A DNA stretch of 64,000 nucleotides from Minisyncoccota bacterium (GCA_035546575.1 DASZWN010000001.1:212875-276874), one strand, 5' to 3'; positions 46,279 to 56,171 are shown, counted from the first letter of the stretch. Translations and numbers: made by a program. The notes: a model not told the origin generated them from the sequence alone.

Positions 46279-46376
46279 TACGGTGAGGGCGTTCTACCGT
46301 AAGTTCTCCAGTGTGCCGTAAGGTATCGGAGGGTCGTCTTACAAAGAACTTAGTTACTTCATTGTATTTCGCGAAT

Positions 46377-46628
46377 ATGGCACGCAAACTGTTCGTGGGA
46401 GGGCTTCCGTACCGCACTACGGGCGACGAGTTGAAAGACGCGTTTGCTAAGGCGGGCGAGGTTGCTTCTGCGTCAATTGTGACCGATCGTGAGACTGGTC
46501 GCTCTCGTGGCTTCGGCTTCGTAGAGATGGCTGATGATGCTGGCGCCGATGCCGCTATTTCTATGTGGAATGGCAAAGACTTCGACGGCCGCACACTCAC
46601 GGTCTCCGATGCACGTCCGAAGGCATAA
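46377..46628 (+). CDS. RRM-domain RNA-binding protein (84 aa)
   Basis: RNP-2 KLFVGGL and RNP-1 RGFGFVEM motifs. Confidence 0.7.
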   Translation: MARKLFVGGLPYRTTGDELKDAFAKAGEVASASIVTDRETGRSRGFGFVEMADDAGADAAISMWNGKDFDGRTLTVSDARPKA

Positions 46629-46650
46629 TAGCCTCCGCTCGGCTCACTCA

Positions 46651-46680
46651 AAAATCTCCGCTTCGGCGGAGATTTTTGTT
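46651..46680 (+). terminator. Intrinsic terminator
   Basis: AAATCTCCGCttcgGCGGAGATTT + TTGTT. Confidence 0.65.
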
Positions 46681-46799
46681 ATGATGGCTCCAGCAAAAAG
46701 AGTCCTCAGGTCACCGGAATTTTCTTGCTAGAAAATTCCTATGTCTCGCGCCGTCGCGCTCGACTTATTGCCCTTCAAACTCTTTTTGCTTTCGCTCCT

Positions 46800-47585
46800 A
46801 TGCCTAGACTCCTTCGCGATCTTAAAAGCTTCTATAAAACGCAAAAGCGCGATCTGCCTTGGCGGCACACCCATGACCCGTACAAAATCTTGGTGTCTGA
46901 GATAATGCTCCAGCAGACACAGGCACTGCGGGTAATTCCAAAATATGAGGCTTTTATAAAAAAGTTCCCGACCCCACAAAGGCTCGCCAAAGCAAAACTC
47001 TCTGATGTGTTAAAGCTCTGGAGCGGTTTGGGCTATAACCGCCGGGCAAAATTTCTCCATGAGTCGGCCAAGATACTGGCGCGCGATGGTTGGACAGGGG
47101 AAAAGCTCCCGGGTGTGGGGCCTTACACTGCCGCAGCAGTAGAGGCCTTTGCGCATAACAAACCAACCACTTTTATAGAGACAAATATCCGCACTGTATT
47201 TATACACTACTGCTTTAAGCGGCGCGCCGATGTGCTGGTGCCCGATTTGCAGATTTTGCCGCTTATAGAAAAAGCGCTTAAACAATCTCGCATGCAGCCG
47301 CGAGATTTTTATGCCGCGCTTATGGACTACGGTTCCTACTTAAAGCAAAGGGGGATCAAACTAAATGCTCGCAGCAAGCATTACACCAAGCAGAGCAAGT
47401 TCAAGGGTTCGTACCGAGAGTTGCGTGGAGCGATCTTGCGTGCGGTGTTAGAAAAACCAAAGACTATAGATCAATTGGTTGATATAACACTCCGCAACCA
47501 GAGCGACGTGGTGCAGGCAGTCGCTAACTTAAGTACTGAGGGAGTAGTGAGCCTCAAAAACAAACGAGTGTTTGTTGCAGATTAA
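46800..47585 (+). CDS. HhH-GPD superfamily DNA glycosylase (MutY/Nth-like) apparently lacking the 4Fe-4S Cys cluster
   Basis: DLPWR...DPYKILVSEIMLQQTQ N-terminal signature and HhH-GPD (LPGVGPYTAAAV); no Cx6Cx2Cx5C motif. Confidence 0.65.
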   Translation: MPRLLRDLKSFYKTQKRDLPWRHTHDPYKILVSEIMLQQTQALRVIPKYEAFIKKFPTPQRLAKAKLSDVLKLWSGLGYNRRAKFLHESAKILARDGWTGEKLPGVGPYTAAAVEAFAHNKPTTFIETNIRTVFIHYCFKRRADVLVPDLQILPLIEKALKQSRMQPRDFYAALMDYGSYLKQRGIKLNARSKHYTKQSKFKGSYRELRGAILRAVLEKPKTIDQLVDITLRNQSDVVQAVANLSTEGVVSLKNKRVFVAD

Positions 47586-49501
47586 ACACCGAGCACAACC
47601 GGAATCACGATCGGGCGTTTGTTTGTTTTTTCGAAGAGGAATTTGGCTACCGCGTCGGTCACGTTGTTTTTGACAAAGTCAAAGTTAACCGGCTGCTGGT
47701 TTTTGGTCGTGTCCTCGATCGTCTTTTTAACAATCAGGCGAGCTTGCTGCAAAAGGTCTTGGCTTTCGCGCAAGTATACGAAGCCGCGCGAGATGATGTC
47801 GGGCGATTTGCGCAGGCGGCCGTTCTTTGGGTTAACCGTTGCGATGATCACGAACATGCCTTCTTGTGCGAGCACCGTGCGGTCGCGGATAACCACCTCC
47901 TGGATATCGCCGATTGAGAAGCCGTCTACGAGGCGCAAGCCGTTAGGCGCCATTTCTTTGAGTTTTACTATCTTGCTGCCTTCCTCGCGGATCTCGATGA
48001 TCGAGCTGTTGTCCGGAATAACCACCTCGTCTTCGCTGCGGCCGCAGGCCTTAGCGATGTCTGCGTGCACGCGGAGCATGTAGTGGTAGCCGTGCATAGG
48101 CATAAAGAAGCGCGGATTGATCTTCTGGTGGATCCAGAAAGTCTCGTCGCGGTTTGCATGACCGGAAGCATGGACGTCCATCGTGTCGCGGTGGATGATG
48201 CGCGCGCCTTGGCGGGAGAGATTGTCTTTAAGTTTTTGCACCGAGCGCTCGTTGCCTGGCACGATAGAAGAGGAGAGGACCACAGTGTCGCCCTTCTTGA
48301 TCTTTACGTATTTGTGCGTCTTCATCGCGATGCGCATGAGCGCGGCAAACTCGTCGCCCTGAGCGCCGGTAGCCAGGATCGCTATTTTGCTGTCGGGCAA
48401 ACTCTCGAGCTGATGTGCGTCTATAAATGTCTTCTCGTCTACCTTAAGTAAGCCAAGATGTTTTACTATCTCGATATTTACCTTCATGGAGCGGCCCTCA
48501 ATAAGGATCTTGCGGCCGACGCGCTCGGCTTGCTCGATCATGCGCATAAGGCGCTCGAGCTGGCTGGAGAACGTGCCGATAATGAGGCGGCCCGGAGTGG
48601 TGGCAATAATCTCGTCGAGATTCTTTTTAACGATGCGCTCAGGGAGAGAAAAGCCCGGGCGTTCGCAGTTGGTGGAGTCGGCGCCCAAGAGGAGCACTTT
48701 GCGGTCTTTAAACCACGAAAACTCTTTTTCCTCTGTCTCGGTCGGTACGCCGTCGATATGGTCCAATCGTAGATCGCCGGTAAAGACCAAGTCGCCATAC
48801 GGAGTCTCGATAACGATACCCATGGAGTCCGGGATGGTGTGATATACGGAGAAGAACTTTACGCGCAAATTGCCAACGCGCACGGTGTCGGCCTTTTCTA
48901 CCTCGTGGATATCCAAGGGCTTCAAGTTAGGAAACTCCTCCTGGCGCTTTTTGATCATGACGCTCGTGAGCGTGCGGGTGTAAATTGGCGGGTAACCGAT
49001 GCGGTCGATGATATAGGGGATACCGCCGATGTGGTCGAGGTGTCCGTGGGTAATAAACATGCCGCGGATCTTCTCTTGGCGGTCCTCGAGATATTTTGTG
49101 TTCGGGAGAATGTAGTCGATGCCCGGGGTGTCGTCCTCGCGGAATTGGAATCCGCAGTCAACAATAACAATGTCGTCGCCAAACTCGATAGCGGTCATGT
49201 TGCGGCCGATTTCCTCTACGCCTCCGAGCGGAATGATGCGAATGTTACCTGTCTCTAGCGGCGGGATTTTGTCTTCCTGCTGGCCATTTGCGGCGCTCAT
49301 GCCCGATGCGGGAACTTCGCGCGGCGGGTGCACCTGATGCGGGCGCGGTCCGCCTGAGCGTGGTCGGCCTTTGCCTCCGCGCCCTCCGAACCCGCCTTTG
49401 CCGAACGAGCGGCGATTCCCTCCGCGGCCTTGTTGCGTGCGCGGAGGTCTGTTGTGGCTCGTACCTCCGCGAGGGGCGGGCTGTGTTGTTTCTCCTTCCA
49501 T
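47582..49501 (-). CDS. rnj: Ribonuclease J with RGG/Gly-Arg-rich N-terminal extension
   Basis: Metallo-beta-lactamase HGHLDHIGG motif, beta-CASP region, C-terminal domain; about 60-aa N-terminal RG-rich tail. Confidence 0.9.
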   Translation of the reverse strand: MEGETTQPAPRGGTSHNRPPRTQQGRGGNRRSFGKGGFGGRGGKGRPRSGGPRPHQVHPPREVPASGMSAANGQQEDKIPPLETGNIRIIPLGGVEEIGRNMTAIEFGDDIVIVDCGFQFREDDTPGIDYILPNTKYLEDRQEKIRGMFITHGHLDHIGGIPYIIDRIGYPPIYTRTLTSVMIKKRQEEFPNLKPLDIHEVEKADTVRVGNLRVKFFSVYHTIPDSMGIVIETPYGDLVFTGDLRLDHIDGVPTETEEKEFSWFKDRKVLLLGADSTNCERPGFSLPERIVKKNLDEIIATTPGRLIIGTFSSQLERLMRMIEQAERVGRKILIEGRSMKVNIEIVKHLGLLKVDEKTFIDAHQLESLPDSKIAILATGAQGDEFAALMRIAMKTHKYVKIKKGDTVVLSSSIVPGNERSVQKLKDNLSRQGARIIHRDTMDVHASGHANRDETFWIHQKINPRFFMPMHGYHYMLRVHADIAKACGRSEDEVVIPDNSSIIEIREEGSKIVKLKEMAPNGLRLVDGFSIGDIQEVVIRDRTVLAQEGMFVIIATVNPKNGRLRKSPDIISRGFVYLRESQDLLQQARLIVKKTIEDTTKNQQPVNFDFVKNNVTDAVAKFLFEKTNKRPIVIPVVLGV

Positions 49502-49559
49502 ATCTATCTAAATAATCTATAAATTATCGTCCTCTGTTTAATTGATCTTTCCCAGATAA

Positions 49560-51329
49560 TTATTTGGAAAAGATAGGCCACACGTAGTCAGTCTCTCTGT
49601 GCCACATGGGGGCGGAGAGGAAACGGTCGCTCGGTGTACCTATAAAGCCAAGGTCGAGGCCCTGGATGTCTTTAGGGATACTATACACGAAATCGGGCGC
49701 ATAGAGAAATACGGCAGGAATGTCGGCATTGAGCTCGGAGAGAAAGTCGTTATAGAGATCCTGGCGCTTGCTGTTGTCGGCGGTAGTGCGCAGCGCCTCA
49801 AGCGCTTTGTCTGCCGCCGAGTTTGCATACAGAGCGACGTTGAGGCCCGGATCGTTGCGCTGGCTCGAGTGCCAAAATGCAAACAGATCGAACTCGCGCC
49901 CGACGACCTCGCCGAAGAGAAGCGCGTCGTACTTGCGAGGGCGGATAACATTCTGCGAGAGGTCGCCTTGGTCAAAAATCTTAATATCCACAGATGCGCC
50001 AAGCGCGGTCCACTGCCGGCGCAAGTAATCTGCGGCCGCACGCAACTCCGGTACATTGCCGGTCGAAAGCGAGAAAGAAAGTGTAACTGTTTTGGCGTCT
50101 TTTCCTTTGCCGGTTGTCTTAGTGAGGATTCCGTCTGGTCCAATCGTCCAGCCTTTTGCAAGCAACTTTTGCTGAGCGGCGAGCGCAACATCACCTGTCG
50201 CCGGCTGTATTGCTGTAGACGAGGTTGAGTCTTTGTCGATAGTCGCCAGTATCTGAGGCGGTACGGGCCCGCTCAGTGCTGTGCCGTAGCCGCCGAGTAC
50301 TTGCTCTACCAGTTTATTTTGGTCGACAGAGTCGGCGAGTGCCTGGCGGACATCGTGGTCGCGCAATACTTCTGACTGGTTTTGGTTAAAGAAGACGCCG
50401 AACACTCGGTTAAGCGCTGAGCGATCGACGTTTTTCTCGGGCATGTCTGCGAGCATCGCCGGAGAAAGCCCGCTTGCCGCCTCTACGTCGCCATTTTTGA
50501 GCGCATCGGCGAGTGCCTGTTCGCTCTGGTAAAACTGCAGCGTAAAGCTGGAGAGAAACGGCTCACCGAGGGCATACTTTGCAAATGCTCTGAGCTGGTA
50601 TGAAGAGGGGATACCGGAAGGCGTGCGTGAAATGCTGCCAACCGTAAACGGTCCGGAGCCGACCGGAGAGGTGTTGAGGTCGCTGAAGGGAAACTCTTCG
50701 TCAGTAACGCTCGCCCACAAATGTTTTGGCAGAATCCCGGTGGTTAAGTTTTCGATAAACGGAGCATAGGCGCTCTTAAGCGTAAAGCGCACGGTGCCCG
50801 AGTCGACAGCCTCTACAGTGACGCCGTTCCAATTTGCTTTAAGCGGACTTTTTACCGCCGCGTCCTGAATCTTGCTGATCGTGTACACAATATCGTCGGC
50901 AGTGACTCTTGTGCCGTCGTGGAACGTCGCGCTCGGCCGCAAAATAAAAGTATATATAGTGCCGTCGCTCGAGACAGTGTAGCTTTGCGCCAAGTCCGGC
51001 ACATACTCGCCTTCGGGCGTGGCGCGCAAAAGGCCGGAGTAGATAAGTATAGAGAGATCATGATCGGCGTCTGATGTTGCCAAAACGGGGTTGATAAAGC
51101 GAGGCGCTCCGACAATACCCTCCGAGAGATTGCCGCCATAGCCCGGAACGGCGGTAATGAGTGATGCGTTTAAAAGATATACAAGCCCGACTGCGCTTAT
51201 AACAAGTACTGTGGCTAGAAAAAGAAACAACGCGCGGCTTGTGCGCGAGAAAGAACGATACGTATCATCGGCCCGATCAACAATCGGGATATATACCGGC
51301 CTGAGGAGAGTACGCCAAGGTGAACGCAT
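49560..51329 (-). CDS. ABC transporter substrate-binding protein, family 5 (peptide/nickel type), membrane anchored
   Basis: N-terminal TM, SBP_bac_5-like fold length (589 aa) and motifs. Confidence 0.8.
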   Translation of the reverse strand: MRSPWRTLLRPVYIPIVDRADDTYRSFSRTSRALFLFLATVLVISAVGLVYLLNASLITAVPGYGGNLSEGIVGAPRFINPVLATSDADHDLSILIYSGLLRATPEGEYVPDLAQSYTVSSDGTIYTFILRPSATFHDGTRVTADDIVYTISKIQDAAVKSPLKANWNGVTVEAVDSGTVRFTLKSAYAPFIENLTTGILPKHLWASVTDEEFPFSDLNTSPVGSGPFTVGSISRTPSGIPSSYQLRAFAKYALGEPFLSSFTLQFYQSEQALADALKNGDVEAASGLSPAMLADMPEKNVDRSALNRVFGVFFNQNQSEVLRDHDVRQALADSVDQNKLVEQVLGGYGTALSGPVPPQILATIDKDSTSSTAIQPATGDVALAAQQKLLAKGWTIGPDGILTKTTGKGKDAKTVTLSFSLSTGNVPELRAAADYLRRQWTALGASVDIKIFDQGDLSQNVIRPRKYDALLFGEVVGREFDLFAFWHSSQRNDPGLNVALYANSAADKALEALRTTADNSKRQDLYNDFLSELNADIPAVFLYAPDFVYSIPKDIQGLDLGFIGTPSDRFLSAPMWHRETDYVWPIFSK

Positions 51330-51358
51330 ACAGCGTAGGAGAACAATTACGAATTAAT

Positions 51359-51589
51359 TTATTGCAAGAGAAGCGTGACAAATGACGACACGGCAAGAAG
51401 GCAACCAAGCGCTATGGTTGCGTAGAAGAGCACTTTCTCTGAGCCGCGGCGCGTATGGTAACCGGCGCTGAAGTTGTCTCCGCCGAACGCACCGCCCATC
51501 GAGGCGCCGGTTTGCTGCAACAGTATGCAGATAACGAGCAGCACCGAAAGCACTATCTGTATGTACGGGAGCATCCCGCTTATCATCAT
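51359..51589 (-). CDS. secG: Preprotein translocase subunit SecG
   Basis: Two TM helices flanking Gly-rich loop (LLQQTGASMGGAFGGDNFSAG). Confidence 0.7.
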   Translation of the reverse strand: MMISGMLPYIQIVLSVLLVICILLQQTGASMGGAFGGDNFSAGYHTRRGSEKVLFYATIALGCLLAVSSFVTLLLQ

Positions 51590-51712
51590 TACTCATACCT
51601 TACCACACCATAAAAACCTCCGCAATTGGTGTCCGAATATGTAAGAACAATTGAAACCCATCACGTCAAGTGTACAAACTACGCGACGCGACTATAATGC
51701 CAGCATAAAACT

Positions 51713-52102
51713 ATGAAAAAGAAAGCTAAAGCAACCAAGAGTAAAACAAAGCCTAAAACAAAAGCAGTAAAAACCGTACTTAAATCTTCTGCTAACAAAT
51801 CCGGTATCCAGCCGCTCAACGACCGCGTGCTTGTGCGCCCGCTTACGGCAGAGGAGATGGGCCGCACGACTGCCTCGGGCATTATCATTCCGGAAACTGT
51901 CGACAAAAAGAAGCCCGACCAGGGCATGGTGGTAGCGGTAGGTCCTGGCAAGCGCAACGAAAAGGGCGAACGTGTTGCCCTGAGCGTGGTACCCGGTGAC
52001 CGCGTATATTTTGCTAAACCCTGGGACGAGCCGCAAAAAATCGATGGCGTTGAGTATTACTTTATCTCCGAGAACGACATCCTTGCAGTGATCAAAAAAT
52101 AA
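51713..52102 (+). CDS. groES: Co-chaperonin GroES with about 30-aa Lys-rich N-terminal extension
   Basis: IQPLNDRVLVRP...GIIIPE...GMVVAVGPG core; immediately upstream of groEL. Confidence 0.85.
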   Translation: MKKKAKATKSKTKPKTKAVKTVLKSSANKSGIQPLNDRVLVRPLTAEEMGRTTASGIIIPETVDKKKPDQGMVVAVGPGKRNEKGERVALSVVPGDRVYFAKPWDEPQKIDGVEYYFISENDILAVIKK

Positions 52103-52135
52103 ACCGCTCGATTATTCAGTAAGACCTTAACGACA

Positions 52136-53797
52136 ATGGCAAAACAAATCCTTTTTAACGAACGAGCTCGCAGAACGCTGAAAAACGGTATCGACAAGGC
52201 GGCAAATGCGGTCAAAATCACGCTCGGTCCGCGCGGCCGCAATGTCGCTCTTGATAAAGGCTACGGCGGCCCGACCATTACTAACGACGGCGTCTCGATC
52301 GCTAAAGAAATCTCCTTTAGCAACAAGTTTGAGAATATGGGCGCCGAGATCGTTAAAGAAGTGGCAAGCAAAACCAACGATATCGCGGGCGACGGTACCA
52401 CCACCTCTGTTGTTTTGCTCCAAGCAATTGTCGAGGAAGGGATGAAGCATACCGAGGCCGGCCTCAACGCCATGGGCGTGCGCGCGGGCATTGAGCGCGC
52501 AGCTGCAGAGGCGGTTGTGGCACTCCGCTCGCTCGCTAAAAAGATCCAGAACGACGACGAGATTTTGCAGGTTGCCACTATTTCGGCCGAGTCTCCGGAA
52601 ATTGGTGCGATTATTGCAGATACCATTAAAGAGGTAGGCAAGGACGGCGTCGTAACGGTGGAGGAAAGCCAGGCGCTCGGTATCGAAAAGGAGATTGTCG
52701 AGGGTATGGAGTTTGATCGCGGGTACATCTCTGCATACATGATCACCGATGCAAGCCGCATGGAGGCTGCGCTTAAAGACCCGATGATTCTTGTGACTGA
52801 CAAAAAGATTGCAAGTATTCAGGAAATCCTTCCAATACTTGAGAAGGTCGCGCAAAGCGGCAAAAAAGAGCTCGTGATTATTGCCGACGATATCGAGGGC
52901 GAGGCTCTTACTACGTTTGTGGTTAACAGACTCCAGGGCCGCTTTAATGTGCTTGGTATCAAGGCTCCTGGGTATGGCGATAGAAAAAAGGAGATGCTTG
53001 AGGACATTGCGATTATGACCGGAGCGCAAGTAATCTCTGACTCCCTTGGCATCAAGTTTGAAGGAGTGACGCTTGAGATGCTTGGCAAGGCAAACCGGGT
53101 AGTGGCAACCAAAGACTCGACCGTTATCGTGGGTGGCAAGGGCGCTAAAAAAGAGATCGACTCGCGTATCGCTCAGCTGCGCAAGCAAATCGCCGACACC
53201 ACGAGCAAGTTTGATAAAGAAAATCTTGAGAAGCGCCTCGCCAAGATGGCGGGCGGCGTTGCGGTGATCCGCGTAGGCGCTGCAACCGAAACCGAGATGA
53301 AGTATCTCAAGCTCAAAATTGAGGACGCAGTGAATGCTACTAAGGCAGCGATCGAGGAGGGTATTGTGCCGGGCGGCGGAACCTCGCTTGTTAAGGCTGC
53401 ACAGAAAGTTGCAGAAGGGTTTGCAAAAAATCGCGACAAGATGGATGTGAACGCGCGCGTCGGCTACGAGGTGGTGCTCAAGGCACTCGAGCAGCCGTTG
53501 CGCCAGATTGCCATGAACACGGGCGTTGATGCTGGCGTTGTTGTGATGAAAGTAATGGAAGCAAAGGGTAACGCGGGTTACGACGCAGTTAAAAACGAGG
53601 TTGTACCGGACATGATAGCGGCAGGTATTGTCGACCCGGTTAAAGTTGCACGCACCGGGCTAGAGCGTGCAGCGTCGGCAGCGGCAATACTTCTCACGAC
53701 CGAGGCTGCAATAGCAGAAGAGCCAAAAGAAGAAAAATCTCCAGCAATGCCGGGAGGCATGGGAGGAATGGGCATGGGCGACGACATGGACTACTAG
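52136..53797 (+). CDS. groEL: Chaperonin GroEL
   Basis: MAKQILFNERAR...GDGTTT...C-terminal GGM repeats (MPGGMGGMGMGDDMDY). Confidence 0.95.
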   Translation: MAKQILFNERARRTLKNGIDKAANAVKITLGPRGRNVALDKGYGGPTITNDGVSIAKEISFSNKFENMGAEIVKEVASKTNDIAGDGTTTSVVLLQAIVEEGMKHTEAGLNAMGVRAGIERAAAEAVVALRSLAKKIQNDDEILQVATISAESPEIGAIIADTIKEVGKDGVVTVEESQALGIEKEIVEGMEFDRGYISAYMITDASRMEAALKDPMILVTDKKIASIQEILPILEKVAQSGKKELVIIADDIEGEALTTFVVNRLQGRFNVLGIKAPGYGDRKKEMLEDIAIMTGAQVISDSLGIKFEGVTLEMLGKANRVVATKDSTVIVGGKGAKKEIDSRIAQLRKQIADTTSKFDKENLEKRLAKMAGGVAVIRVGAATETEMKYLKLKIEDAVNATKAAIEEGIVPGGGTSLVKAAQKVAEGFAKNRDKMDVNARVGYEVVLKALEQPLRQIAMNTGVDAGVVVMKVMEAKGNAGYDAVKNEVVPDMIAAGIVDPVKVARTGLERAASAAAILLTTEAAIAEEPKEEKSPAMPGGMGGMGMGDDMDY

Positions 53798-53866
53798 TGG
53801 AAAGATCCCGCTACGGCGGGATTTTTTGCACCCTTGCAATCTGGGTGAAAGTAGTACAATTACTCT

Positions 53867-54427
53867 ATGACAATCTTCTATATATTGCTGGGGCTTATTG
53901 TAATAGCCATCATCTGGGTGGTTGCCTCTTATAACCGCTTTGTTACGCTTATCCAGCGTGCAAAGGAGGCCTGGGCCGATATCGATGTGCAGCTCAAGCG
54001 CCGCTATGACCTTATCCCGAACTTGGTTGAGACAGTTAAAGGCTACGCTACGCACGAAAAGGAAGCGTTTGAGAATGTTACCCGCGCACGTGCAGCCGCA
54101 ATGAACGCAGGCGGTGTAGAGGCAAAAGGTCAGGCAGAAAACATGCTTAGCGGTGCACTCAAGAGTCTGTTTGCAGTTGCCGAAGCCTATCCCGACCTCA
54201 AGGCAAACCAAAACTTTTTGAGCCTGCAGACCGAACTCTCCGACACCGAAAACAAAATCCAGGCAGCGCGCCGCTTCTACAATGGCAATGTGCGCGACCT
54301 CAACACAGGCCTGCAGTCATTCCCGGGCAATGTTATCGCAGGGTTCTTCCACTTTGAGCCAAAGGATTACTTTGAGTTGGGCGATGCTGATGCGGCTGCC
54401 CGCGAGCCAGTCAAAGTTTCTTTTTAG
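53867..54427 (+). CDS. lemA: LemA family protein
   Basis: N-terminal TM, YNRFVTLIQRAKEAWADIDVQLKRRYDLIPNLV signature; upstream of htpX (conserved pair). Confidence 0.8.
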   Translation: MTIFYILLGLIVIAIIWVVASYNRFVTLIQRAKEAWADIDVQLKRRYDLIPNLVETVKGYATHEKEAFENVTRARAAAMNAGGVEAKGQAENMLSGALKSLFAVAEAYPDLKANQNFLSLQTELSDTENKIQAARRFYNGNVRDLNTGLQSFPGNVIAGFFHFEPKDYFELGDADAAAREPVKVSF

Positions 54428-54547
54428 TGCTAGTTCGTTACACAAAAAGAGCCTGAAGGAGTCGCATAATTTTCTGCTGAAAATTTGCTGTATCTCGGCC
54501 CGTCGGCTTGCGAAACACTCCTTCAAACTCTTTTTGCTTCACTAACC

Positions 54548-55450
54548 ATGGCAACACTCTATACTCATAAAGACGAAAATATAGCAAAGACATGGGTACT
54601 CATGGGGATTTTTCTGTGCACGGTCATCGGTATTGGCTGGGCGGTCTCTTTCTATTTTAATAACCCTGGTATTTTGGTATTTGCCGTTATTTTAGCAATC
54701 GTGATGAATATCACGAGTTACTGGTTCTCGGACAAGATTGTTGTCTCGATGGCTGGGGCTCGGCCTGCCGAAGACGCCGAGTTTCCGGAGCTGCATAACA
54801 TTGTCGAAAACTTGGCTATTACCGCCGGCCTGCCAAAGCCAAAAATTTATATCATCACCGACCCGGCGCCAAACGCGTTTGCCACCGGGCGTAATGCCGA
54901 GCATGCGGTCGTTGCGGTTACAACGGGGTTGCTCGCAATGCTCAACCGCACTGAGCTTGAGGGTGTTATCGCGCACGAGCTCAGCCACGTGGGAAACCGC
55001 GATATGCTTGTCTCAACTGTTGCTGTGGTACTTGTTGGGTTTGTTACACTCATCTCCGATTTCTTTCTGCGCACGAGTTTGTTTGGCAGGGGAGGCGACC
55101 GCGATAATAAAAACCCAGTACTCGCAATTATCGCAGTGGCGCTTATAGTGCTAGCGCCGATTGTAGCCACCTTGCTGCAGCTCGCGATCTCTCGCAAGCG
55201 CGAGTTTTTGGCCGATGCATCGGGCGCACTGCTGACACGTTACCCGGAGGGTTTGGCAAATGCACTGCGCAAAATCGGCGCGTACCAAGCGCCCATGAAG
55301 CGGGCTAACAATGCAACCGCACATCTCTACATTGCAAACCCGTTTGGCGCTCGCGCTAGCATGAGCGGCCTCGCCAAACTTTTTATGACACATCCGCCTA
55401 TCGAGGAGCGCATCAAGGCGCTTGTGGGCGACTCGCGGGTTGCTGGTTGA
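54548..55450 (+). CDS. htpX: Zinc metalloprotease HtpX (M48 family)
   Basis: HELSHVGNRD zinc-binding HExxH, four TM helices; start at ATG 54548. Confidence 0.85.
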   Translation: MATLYTHKDENIAKTWVLMGIFLCTVIGIGWAVSFYFNNPGILVFAVILAIVMNITSYWFSDKIVVSMAGARPAEDAEFPELHNIVENLAITAGLPKPKIYIITDPAPNAFATGRNAEHAVVAVTTGLLAMLNRTELEGVIAHELSHVGNRDMLVSTVAVVLVGFVTLISDFFLRTSLFGRGGDRDNKNPVLAIIAVALIVLAPIVATLLQLAISRKREFLADASGALLTRYPEGLANALRKIGAYQAPMKRANNATAHLYIANPFGARASMSGLAKLFMTHPPIEERIKALVGDSRVAG

Positions 55451-55528
55451 TAAACCCTATAAAGTACGATATATACTTTATTGCTGTAGATGTTCAGTAG
55501 GGAACATCTCAAACGGAGGAAAGTACGA

Positions 55529-55699
55529 ATGAACGGTACTCCCAGCCGCTCAAAGTGGAGGAAGCCTGCAGTCAATAAGGCACCGAAGAAAAAGGTGCGC
55601 CCAGCGCCAAAGGTGTCGGTGATAGGCCAATCGGCCAAGTCTGGGCGCGAGCGGTTCCAGGATCGCTACGGGACGTTTCTTTCGGGTATGGGCAGCTAA
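55529..55699 (+). CDS. Small basic hypothetical protein (56 aa, Lys/Arg-rich)
   Basis: GGAGG SD 9 nt upstream of ATG; followed by terminator; MNGTPSRSKWRKPAVNKAPKKKVRPAPKV... Confidence 0.4.
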   Translation: MNGTPSRSKWRKPAVNKAPKKKVRPAPKVSVIGQSAKSGRERFQDRYGTFLSGMGS

Positions 55700-55721
55700 T
55701 CTTGCTCCTTCAGGAGCATTG

Positions 55722-55757
55722 GGCGGTCGAGGAATCCTCGACCGCCTTTTCTTTTTA
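55722..55757 (+). terminator. Intrinsic terminator
   Basis: GGCGGTCGAGGaatcCTCGACCGCC + TTTTCTTTTT. Confidence 0.6.
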
Positions 55758-55785
55758 ATCCTCACAGTGTACTTTTGTAACTATT

Positions 55786-55870
55786 GGAGGGTTCGCATAG
55801 TGGTCTAGTGCGCACGCTTGGAAAGCGTGTGTGGGGCAACCCACCAGGAGTTCGAATCTCCTACCCTCCG
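55786..55870 (+). tRNA. tRNA-Ser (anticodon GGA), type II with long variable arm
   Basis: GGAGGGT acceptor, anticodon stem CACGC/GCGTG loop TTGGAAA, variable arm TGTGGGGCAACCCACC, T-arm AGGAGTTCGAATCTCCT, 3' ACCCTCCG. Confidence 0.85.
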
Positions 55871-55987
55871 CAAAATAATGAGCATGCGAATATATTTTGC
55901 GAGAGGGCACTACAGTACCAATGTACTGTAGTGGGAGATTCGAACGCCGGAGCGATGTTTCGCGAGCACGCGAAACCGTGAGGCGGT
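55871..55987 (+). repeat. 117-bp structured repeat unit, copy 1 (second copy 56777..56893, 3 substitutions, two of them compensatory in a hairpin)
   Basis: caaaataatgagcatgcgaatatattttgcgagagggcActacagtaccaatgtactgtagTgggagattcgaacgccggagcgatgtttcgcgagcacgcgaaaccg...; contains perfect hairpins CACTACAGTACcaatGTACTGTAGTG and GTTTCGCGagcaCGCGAAAC. Confidence 0.7.
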
Positions 55988-56032
55988 GCCCAGACAAAAC
56001 TTTTTGACGAAAAAGTTTTAGTCGCGGGCGAA

Positions 56033-56046
56033 CTCCTACCCTCCGC
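56033..56046 (+). repeat. Direct repeat of tRNA-Ser 3' end (CTCCTACCCTCCGC), copy 2 of 3 (copy 1 = 55858..55871 inside tRNA; copy 3 = 56940..56952)
   Basis: Exact 14-mer repeated; each extra copy preceded by degenerate T-loop-like sequence. Confidence 0.6.
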
Positions 56047-56171
56047 CCGAAGTTTTTAGTATCGGACGTATGCGGACGCCGATGGCTCCGATGTGACGTT
56101 AATGGCCAAAAAGAAATCCGCAGCCATATTTCAGACTGCGGAAATTCTGACGCCGGCGTCGTCATATTATG

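Noticed and set aside
51597-51712. Search for a CIRCE/HrcA operator upstream of groES
   Set aside because: No TTAGCACTC-N9-GAGTGCTAA inverted repeat is present, only a plain TATAAT box (51693..51698). Heat-shock control here is not CIRCE-type, or lies elsewhere.
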